A DNA stretch of 64,000 nt from positions 1 through 64,000 of IMG/VR virus record IMGVR_UViG_3300020577_005315; one strand, 5' to 3'. The translations under genes and the position numbers were made by a program. The stretch's first letter is position 1; each line of letters starts with the position of its first letter. Source of the stretch: a virus (lineage: Duplodnaviria > Caudoviricetes). The notes under the pieces were generated by a model. That model ran no database searches, was not told the DNA's origin, and was given only the letters and a program-made list of their open reading frames with translations. Of the stretch, positions 57,791-64,000 are shown one piece after another.

Positions 57791-60700
57791 ATGGTTAAGC
57801 ACAACAGCAAGCTGCCCACGACCTGTGTGAAGCGCGACGGCGCCACCGTGCCTTTCGACGGCGAGAAGATCGTCAAGGCAATCCGTCGCTGCTTCGACAA
57901 CGTCTGGGCGGACGAACGTACTCTCGCGGACAAGAGCGTCGACGACGTCGTCGGCAACATCTACGGGCGGGTGCTCAATGTGATCGCGGCCCAGAAGGCC
58001 GACCAAGTCAGCGTGGAAGACGTCCAACGGTTCGTCCTCCACGTCCTCTGGTCGGACAAGCTGTACGCCGCGGCCGAGCACTACCAGAACTACCGAGAGG
58101 ACCGGCGTAAGGCCCGGTTCAACACGGCCGTGACCCCCGACCGCCTGGAAACGGTCAAGGCGGACCAGAAGCACTTCCCGACGGACCTGCAGTACTACCA
58201 GTTCATCGGAAAGTTCTCGCGCTGGCGGGACGCCGACCGCCGCCGGGAGACGTGGAAGGAGACGGTCACGGAACGGGTGATGCCCTGGTTCAAGGGCTTG
58301 CCCGGTGCCCAGCTCGAAGACGCCGAGTGGAGCATGCTGCAGGACAGCATGTACAACCTCGAGTCGTCCCCGGCCATGCGGGTCGTGCAGATGGCCGGGC
58401 CGGCGCTGCAGAGGGAGCCGCTGGGATGCTACAACTGTCTGGGCGTCGAGACGGCGTTTATCACCCGTAATGGTGTGAAGACGTTTCGAGACTTCAAAGA
58501 CGGCGACACTACCGTGGTGCTTACGCACACCGGCTCCTGGAAGAACGCTGTCGTTCGAAACTACGGCGTCCAGAAGCTCTACACACACCACATCAATCGC
58601 TCACGCACCAAAGTGACTGTTCGCGCCACGGCCAACCACCGCTGGGTGCTGAGTGACGGTAGTGTTCAAACCGGGCTCAAGGCGGGCGATAAGCTCCACT
58701 TGCCGCCGTGTCCGTCGATCAACTGGAACTACGACGCTGCAGAACCGCTGGAGAAGCTCTACTGGGCGTACGGATACGTGTACGGCGACGGTACCCGCGT
58801 CAAGAAGGACGGTGAGTACACGTACTCGATGGTTCGTCTCTGTAAGAACGACCGTGGGTACCTTGAGCGATTCGAAGAGCTCGGTTTCGGCTCCAGTAAT
58901 CCGTTGTCGTGTAAGGGCGACCCGATCGTCTACACTGGTAGCTACCTCAAGACTCTCCCCGAGTTGACCGACGACTTGGGCGTGATCCGGGCTTTCGTAC
59001 GCGGCTACCTGGACGCGGACGGCGGTAGTGGTCACCCCCAGTCGCCGAACGACTTCTCCTGCATTCAGGTGACCGGCGAACAGTCTATCGAGTTCGTTCG
59101 ACGCGTGTTTCCCGTCGCGGGCTACTACATCACGCGCGAAGAGGTTGTCGACAAGGACACCAATTTCGGTCCGCGCTCGGCTCTGACAATTCGGTTCGGA
59201 CTGACGAACAACTTCGGCGTTGCGACGAACCGGTTCTACGGGTTGACGTCGAACGTCGAAGACGACGGTAGTCCGCCGGAAGAAGTGTGGTGTCTCGAGG
59301 TCGAAGACGACCACTCGTTCGTGCTCCCGTCAGGTGTCGTCACTGGAAACTGCGCTTATGCACCGATTGTCGACAGAACGTCATTCTCTGAACTCCTGTA
59401 CGTACTCATGCAGGGGACGGGGATGGGGTTCTCAGTCGAAAACGACTACATCGACGAGCTGCCTCGCATCAAGAAGCAGCGTAACACCCCTCGGGAACGG
59501 ATCGTCGTCCCGGACAGTACTGAGGGGTGGTGCAAGTCGTACGACCGCTACCTGGAGCTCCTCTGGGACGGGCGTGAGGCGGACATCGACGTCTCGTTCG
59601 TCCGCAAGGCGGGCAGCCGCCTGAAAACTAAAGGCGGGAAAGCATCCGGTCCGGGGCCTTTCCTGGAGCTCTGCTCGTTCGCCAGCAATCTGTTCAAGTC
59701 GCGTCAGGGTAAGTACCTGACCGACCTGGATTGTCACGACCTGGCCTGCATGACGGGTCGGATTGTTCAGGTGGGCGGCGTCCGTCGGGCGGCAGAGATC
59801 TCCTTGTCCGACCTGAACTCGCGGGCGATGCGGGACGCCAAGTCTGGCGCGTGGTGGACCAACAACCCGCAGCGGTCGATGGCGAACAACTCGGCCGTCT
59901 ACGAGGAGAAGCCGGACTCTACGACGTTCATGGAGGAGTGGCTGGCGCTCACCAAGTCCCGCAGCGGCGAGCGCGGTATCTTCAACCGGCAGGCCGCGCA
60001 GCTACACAAGCCTAAGCGTCGTAAGATGGTACGATTTGGCGTTAACCCGTGCGCGGAAATATTACTTTCGCCTCATGGTTTGTGTAATCTCAGTATGTGT
60101 ATCGCACGTCAGAACGATACCGCCGAATCGCTACGACGTAAGGTCCGTGCCGCCACATACTTCGGCAAGCTGCAGTCGCTGTGTACGAACTTCAATTACG
60201 TCCGGTCCGACTGGAAGCGTAACGCCGAAGAGGAGCGTCTCCTGGGTGTGGACATCACGGGTCAGGCCGACTGCCCCTTACTGAGGTTCAACTCTCAGAC
60301 CGATCGGGCCGCTCTCCTCCGGACGCTCCAGGAGGAGGTCCTGTCAGTCGACCGGATGCTGGCCGAACGCTGGGGCATCAACGTCTCCGCGGCAGCTACG
60401 ACCGTAAAGCCGGGCGGTGACTCTGCGGTGTTCTTCGACTGCTCTTCGGGCGTGAGCCCGCGTTTCAGCCGGCACCAGATCCGGTGGGTGCGAGAGTCGA
60501 AGGACAGTCCCGTGGCCCGCTTCCTGATCGACAGCGGCGTTCCGCACGCCCCGGCCCCCGAGGCCCCGGATCGCCTACTGGTGTTCGGGTTCCCGAAGGC
60601 TGCCCCGACCGGCTGTACGCTCCGTGACGACATGACCGTGATCGACCAACTCGAGAACTGGCTGACGTGGAAGGAGAACTGGGCCGAACACTCCGTGTCC

Positions 60701-60970
60701 GCCACCATCTACGTCGGCGACGACGAGTGGCTGACGGCCGGGAATTGGGTCTACAACCATTTCGACCAGATCACGGGCCTGTCGTTCCTTCCGCGGGACA
60801 ACGGCACCTACACGTACGCCCCGAACGAGGAGATCGACGAGGCGAAGTACGGCGAGATGATGAACTCCTTCCCTGACCTCAACTGGGCGAAGCTGTCCGC
60901 CTACGAGGAGGAGGACATGACCGAGGCCGCTATCACGTTCGCCTGCGTGGGCGGCGGCTGCGACAACTAA
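57791..60970 (+). CDS. nrdJ: Class II (adenosylcobalamin-dependent) ribonucleotide reductase with ATP-cone and intein
   Basis: ATP-cone 'VKRDG..VPFDGEKI', 'YNC', 'GTGMGFS', 'GGVRRAAEI', 'NPCAEI', 'TVKPGG', C-terminal 'ACVGGGC'. Confidence 0.92.
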   Translation: MVKHNSKLPTTCVKRDGATVPFDGEKIVKAIRRCFDNVWADERTLADKSVDDVVGNIYGRVLNVIAAQKADQVSVEDVQRFVLHVLWSDKLYAAAEHYQNYREDRRKARFNTAVTPDRLETVKADQKHFPTDLQYYQFIGKFSRWRDADRRRETWKETVTERVMPWFKGLPGAQLEDAEWSMLQDSMYNLESSPAMRVVQMAGPALQREPLGCYNCLGVETAFITRNGVKTFRDFKDGDTTVVLTHTGSWKNAVVRNYGVQKLYTHHINRSRTKVTVRATANHRWVLSDGSVQTGLKAGDKLHLPPCPSINWNYDAAEPLEKLYWAYGYVYGDGTRVKKDGEYTYSMVRLCKNDRGYLERFEELGFGSSNPLSCKGDPIVYTGSYLKTLPELTDDLGVIRAFVRGYLDADGGSGHPQSPNDFSCIQVTGEQSIEFVRRVFPVAGYYITREEVVDKDTNFGPRSALTIRFGLTNNFGVATNRFYGLTSNVEDDGSPPEEVWCLEVEDDHSFVLPSGVVTGNCAYAPIVDRTSFSELLYVLMQGTGMGFSVENDYIDELPRIKKQRNTPRERIVVPDSTEGWCKSYDRYLELLWDGREADIDVSFVRKAGSRLKTKGGKASGPGPFLELCSFASNLFKSRQGKYLTDLDCHDLACMTGRIVQVGGVRRAAEISLSDLNSRAMRDAKSGAWWTNNPQRSMANNSAVYEEKPDSTTFMEEWLALTKSRSGERGIFNRQAAQLHKPKRRKMVRFGVNPCAEILLSPHGLCNLSMCIARQNDTAESLRRKVRAATYFGKLQSLCTNFNYVRSDWKRNAEEERLLGVDITGQADCPLLRFNSQTDRAALLRTLQEEVLSVDRMLAERWGINVSAAATTVKPGGDSAVFFDCSSGVSPRFSRHQIRWVRESKDSPVARFLIDSGVPHAPAPEAPDRLLVFGFPKAAPTGCTLRDDMTVIDQLENWLTWKENWAEHSVSATIYVGDDEWLTAGNWVYNHFDQITGLSFLPRDNGTYTYAPNEEIDEAKYGEMMNSFPDLNWAKLSAYEEEDMTEAAITFACVGGGCDN
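58436..59350 (+). mobile_element. Intein with LAGLIDADG homing endonuclease (305 aa)
   Basis: Begins CLGVET after YN; block B 'ATANHRW'; 'GYVYGDG' and 'GYLDADG'; ends 'VWCLEV..HSF..GVVTGN' before the +1 Cys. Confidence 0.92.
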
Positions 60971-60981
60971 GCGACAGGCTT

Positions 60982-61017
60982 CGACTCCGGGCTTCGACAG
61001 GGGCCTGGAGTCGTTTT
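60982..61017 (+). terminator. Rho-independent terminator
   Basis: CGACTCCGGGC...GCCTGGAGTCG-TTTT. Confidence 0.7.
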
Positions 61018-61037
61018 ATGAAAAACGCGTGAAAAAT

Positions 61038-61065
61038 TTGACACGCTTGCTCCGAGCAGTAACAT
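61038..61065 (+). promoter_or_regulatory. Sigma70-like promoter
   Basis: TTGACA-N16-TAACAT with an A-rich upstream tract. Confidence 0.6.
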
Positions 61066-61113
61066 GAGTCGTTAGTGAATTCCTTGCGACGCCTAGCAGA
61101 TCGAGAGGAAGAC

Positions 61114-61725
61114 ATGCAGCTCGTAAGCGACTTTCGCGACTACTACGACTGGGCGTTTGACCGTGACGGGGTCGTGTTCGACAGGATGGCTCGTAACAGC
61201 GGTCCAAAGAAGGCTGCTCAGTTCAGCATCCTCCGCGACACACTCGGACACCTGACTCCGCCCGTCGGACCTGTAAACTGCGTACTCGGGACGAAGTGGC
61301 GGGGTAAGACGATCGACAAGGTCGTTGCCTACACGGACGACGCGGCTCACTGCGGCGAGGGTAAAGAGCTCGTCACACTAGACTCAGACGGCTGGCGGAC
61401 CAACACTACGCTCTGTTCGGCGTATTTAGGTAAGCCGGGGCTGAGTTGGAGAAAACTACACGTAGGTCCGCACGTGTTCTGGATCGAGTACACGTCCACC
61501 GAGTCGTGGATGTCGAACGTGGGTGACGGAACGTGCGAAGTCATCGGCGTCGAGATGGACTTTGGCATCACAATATACCCGCTCCTGGCGATCGACTTCG
61601 TCCTGGACGACGAGATGTACGCGGTGGACCTGAACGTGGCTCCGGGGATCAAAGGCAGCGGCGTCGAGAAGCTCCTCCCGGCTGAGCAGGTGGTCGAAGC
61701 GATCAGACGTTGGTGTGCTTGGTAA
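61114..61725 (+). CDS. ATP-grasp-like protein (divergent/short)
   Basis: GAGGA SD; 'HCGEGK' loop, 'WMSN', C-terminal 'LLAIDFV...YAVDLNVAPG' resembling the RimK-type D..ExNxxPG motif. Confidence 0.55.
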   Translation: MQLVSDFRDYYDWAFDRDGVVFDRMARNSGPKKAAQFSILRDTLGHLTPPVGPVNCVLGTKWRGKTIDKVVAYTDDAAHCGEGKELVTLDSDGWRTNTTLCSAYLGKPGLSWRKLHVGPHVFWIEYTSTESWMSNVGDGTCEVIGVEMDFGITIYPLLAIDFVLDDEMYAVDLNVAPGIKGSGVEKLLPAEQVVEAIRRWCAW

Positions 61726-61739
61726 AAAGGTGGTGTGTA

Positions 61740-62165
61740 GTGAGCGAGCACAGTCGAGTCACCGTGACGACGGCGGCGACGGACGCCGTCAACAAAGTGT
61801 GCAAGATCGAGGACGAGATCGTGTCCGAGAACTGGCTGCCGCCGGCGTGGGTGGCGGCCAAAGGCCCGCAGTTCCCGTCCGTACAGCCCGTCATGGTCCT
61901 CATGTGGCGGCACTGGTACGCGCTGGTGACCGCGGTGAAGGACAAGAGCGTTCGCTACAACACTTTACGGATCAGGGAGGCGCTCACCGACCTCGCAGCC
62001 GCGGCCATCAAGGGGGCGGTCGACCTGGACGCCATCGAACGTGGTGGCGGGCTGAGGGACGTCGACTCGCGTAAGGCCGGGGAACTGCTCACGTCCGTCA
62101 ACCCGAGTGCCGTAGACTACGACCTGACCGAACCACCGGACATCGAGTCCGATGCAGACGAGTAA
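61740..62165 (+). CDS. Hypothetical protein
   Basis: GTG after an AAGGTGG SD-like run; followed by a terminator. Confidence 0.5.
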   Translation: MSEHSRVTVTTAATDAVNKVCKIEDEIVSENWLPPAWVAAKGPQFPSVQPVMVLMWRHWYALVTAVKDKSVRYNTLRIREALTDLAAAAIKGAVDLDAIERGGGLRDVDSRKAGELLTSVNPSAVDYDLTEPPDIESDADE

Positions 62166-62171
62166 CGCATG

Positions 62172-62196
62172 ACCCCGGGGCGACCCGGGGTTTCTT
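62172..62196 (+). terminator. Rho-independent terminator
   Basis: ACCCCGGG-GCGA-CCCGGGGT-TTCTT (GNRA loop). Confidence 0.75.
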
Positions 62197-62211
62197 CGTT
62201 TAGGGGGTACG

Positions 62212-62430
62212 ATGCAGATACAAAGGCACCTCCTGTGGGTGTCGGGACGTGGTGACGATGATAAGCTGATAATCGGGATGAATGTTTTAGTGTTTGGTGG
62301 AAAGTACAGCGAAGTCGTAATCGACGCAGTGAAGTTCACGTACGAGGAGGTCACAACACTCGACGCCGACTGGTTTATCGATCACCTGCCGGAGTTCGAC
62401 GGACTGTTCGTCTTTGACGAAGAGGGCTAA
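62212..62430 (+). CDS. DEEG-tag family protein (array 2, #1)
   Basis: Ends FIDHLPEFDGLFVFDEEG*. Confidence 0.7.
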   Translation: MQIQRHLLWVSGRGDDDKLIIGMNVLVFGGKYSEVVIDAVKFTYEEVTTLDADWFIDHLPEFDGLFVFDEEG

Positions 62431-62432
62431 CG

Positions 62433-62645
62433 ATGACTCGAACCAGCGAGCTGTCTCGGTGTCTCACGTATGACCACGAGTACTACTTCACAGTGATGAA
62501 TCAATACGACTGGCACACTTGGTCTAGGATCACCGTGTCAGTCGACAGCCCGGAGTTGAACGGACACTGGATCCGGCACCTGACGGCGATTTGGTTGAAT
62601 CTTCCCAGGAACGACGAACTCTACGCCTACGACGAGGAGGGGTGA
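62433..62645 (+). CDS. DEEG-tag family protein (array 2, #2)
   Basis: Ends IWLNLPRNDELYAYDEEG*. Confidence 0.7.
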   Translation: MTRTSELSRCLTYDHEYYFTVMNQYDWHTWSRITVSVDSPELNGHWIRHLTAIWLNLPRNDELYAYDEEG

Positions 62646-62647
62646 GC

Positions 62648-62878
62648 GTGTACTGCCGATCGAGGAGTCATAGCGATAGAACGGAGCTACTGTACAGATA
62701 CCTACACAGTCTGACGGTGGCGGTAGACACCCGCTGTGGTAGAGACGTCGGCGTCGTCGTGTACGCGTTCAGTGGACGTGACCGCCGCGACGACACGCCC
62801 GAGACACAACAACTGACAGTACTGTGGCGCGCTCTGCCCAGGGGAAAGAAGCTGTTCACCCCGGACGAGGAGGGTTAA
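62648..62878 (+). CDS. DEEG-tag family protein (array 2, #3)
   Basis: GTG 7 nt after GAGGAGG; ends LWRALPRGKKLFTPDEEG*. Confidence 0.7.
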   Translation: MYCRSRSHSDRTELLYRYLHSLTVAVDTRCGRDVGVVVYAFSGRDRRDDTPETQQLTVLWRALPRGKKLFTPDEEG

Positions 62879-62880
62879 CC

Positions 62881-63075
62881 GTGTCGGTACGTCTCACTGG
62901 AATGTTCCGCTACTACGGCACGACGTTGGTCGCCGTCGATAACGTCGTCAAGTGCGACGCCAACTTCATCGTATCACACGGTGGACCCGATGCGGCACAG
63001 GATGTAGAGTTCGATCGCGTATGGAGACTTTTGCCACATCGGGGAAACCTGTTCACCCCGGACGAGGAGGGCTGA
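62881..63075 (+). CDS. DEEG-tag family protein (array 2, #4)
   Basis: Ends VWRLLPHRGNLFTPDEEG*. Confidence 0.7.
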   Translation: MSVRLTGMFRYYGTTLVAVDNVVKCDANFIVSHGGPDAAQDVEFDRVWRLLPHRGNLFTPDEEG

Positions 63076-63077
63076 CC

Positions 63078-63308
63078 GTGTCGACGTGTCTCATCAACAT
63101 GTATCGCTATTACGGCACGACGTCTTTCGTAAGAATGTATCGCTATTACCACATGGCGTCAGTCGCCGTCGATAACAACGTCACGTGCGACATCGACCTC
63201 ATCACATCACACAGCGGATGCGTTGTGGCGTATGATACAAAGTTCGAACGTGTGTGGAGTAGTCTGCCACAGATGGAAGACCTGTTCACTCTGGACGAGG
63301 AGGGCTGA
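63078..63308 (+). CDS. DEEG-tag family protein (array 2, #5)
   Basis: Ends VWSSLPQMEDLFTLDEEG*. Confidence 0.7.
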   Translation: MSTCLINMYRYYGTTSFVRMYRYYHMASVAVDNNVTCDIDLITSHSGCVVAYDTKFERVWSSLPQMEDLFTLDEEG

Positions 63309-63310
63309 CC

Positions 63311-63508
63311 GTGTCGACGTGTTTCATCAACATGTATCGCTATTACGGCACGCCGTCGGTCGCTGTCGACAGTTACGACAAGAATGACGCCGGCGTCATC
63401 ACGTCACACAGTGGATACAGCTGCTCGGAGCGGGATACAGAATTCAACCGTGTGTGGAGACTTTTGCCGCAGATGAGTGACCTGTATGAACTGGACGAGG
63501 AGGGGTGA
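63311..63508 (+). CDS. DEEG-tag family protein (array 2, #6)
   Basis: Ends VWRLLPQMSDLYELDEEG*. Confidence 0.7.
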   Translation: MSTCFINMYRYYGTPSVAVDSYDKNDAGVITSHSGYSCSERDTEFNRVWRLLPQMSDLYELDEEG

Positions 63509-63510
63509 TC

Positions 63511-63768
63511 GTGTGCGGAAGCGTCGTATTGTCGGTGTTGAGAGAGGTTTGGGGCGGTGGGTGGTTTGGCATCCAACTGTGCATCGGGGACCACCCTCGG
63601 AGCGAAGTCTGGTCGATGCCGGCGATCAATTACGTAGACTTCCGACACACCCTGCCGGACTCGAGGTTGTTTCGTGAAGAAAGCGACGCCCGGCGCGGAA
63701 CCTTCGTGAGGTTGGTCTTCGCGCTACCGAACCGGCGGGAGCTATACGTCTTCGACGAGGAGGGCTGA
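63511..63768 (+). CDS. DEEG-tag family protein (array 2, #7)
   Basis: Ends LVFALPNRRELYVFDEEG*. Confidence 0.7.
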   Translation: MCGSVVLSVLREVWGGGWFGIQLCIGDHPRSEVWSMPAINYVDFRHTLPDSRLFREESDARRGTFVRLVFALPNRRELYVFDEEG

Positions 63769-63769
63769 C

Positions 63770-63988
63770 GTGCGTCACGTGTACAGGATTCAAAGGGGGT
63801 ACCCGGAGCAGTACAACGCGTTAGCTGTGTACACCACAACGCCAACGCCTAGTGTGGTGGAGGCCGCGGATCTGGCCGTACCGCACGTTCTCGGGTTGAG
63901 AACCGAGCGAATTAACGAAGTGTTGATGAAAATCTGGTGGAATCTACCCTGTACCGAAGAACTATACACCTACGACGAGGAGGGATGA
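63770..63988 (+). CDS. DEEG-tag family protein (array 2, #8)
   Basis: Ends IWWNLPCTEELYTYDEEG*; the next GTG at 63991 suggests the array continues past the window. Confidence 0.7.
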   Translation: MRHVYRIQRGYPEQYNALAVYTTTPTPSVVEAADLAVPHVLGLRTERINEVLMKIWWNLPCTEELYTYDEEG

Positions 63989-64000
63989 CGGTGAGTCGAG

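Noticed and set aside
62881-63508. Diversity-generating retroelement (TR/VR pair)
   Set aside because: No reverse transcriptase in the window; differences between the copies are not confined to adenines and include indels.
62212-64000. CRISPR array or integron attC cassette array as an explanation for the periodic repeats
   Set aside because: The repeats are degenerate at synonymous positions, unit lengths of about 195-260 nt are whole ORFs, the repeats are not palindromic, and no cas gene, integrase or attC-like structure is visible.

Overview
A 64-kb slice of a large, GC-rich, contractile-tailed (myovirus-type) dsDNA phage. It probably infects Planctomycetota, most likely Gemmataceae: the gene at 17129-17992 carries the planctomycete LE-x-LE-x-R-x-V-P-A N-terminal motif and Gemmata-style FG-GAP-like repeats. 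Left to right: head genes (decoration protein, major capsid protein), ThyX, a putative 2OG-Fe(II) oxygenase, PhoH, LamG and Gly-rich fibre proteins, neck proteins, an early/accessory island, and the tail module (sheath, tube, VgrG-like protein, chaperones, tape measure, baseplate) with a sigma factor, SEC-C and BolA genes interleaved. Then come a glycosylation cluster (GT2, GH130-like, GT71-like fused to FkbM, GT9), a MoxR-like AAA+/VWA pair, a GpA-type terminase large subunit and a class II ribonucleotide reductase with a LAGLIDADG intein. The most striking unexplained feature is 13 short, mostly unrelated ORFs in two tandem arrays (18002-19870 and 62212 to the window end). All end in the same C-terminal tag, W-x-x-L-P-x4-L-[FY]-x-x-D-[ED]-E-G-stop, and in the second array the DNA of the tag doubles as the next gene's Shine-Dalgarno. 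An ATP-grasp-like gene lies just upstream of that array. Other candidates are a bipartite promoter (CTAAATA-N14-GTCATAATTA), a recurrent TTTAGCCGT motif at transcript ends, K-x-A putative maturation sites in head proteins, and several structured-RNA candidates. All family calls come from motif recognition by eye; no database searches were run.
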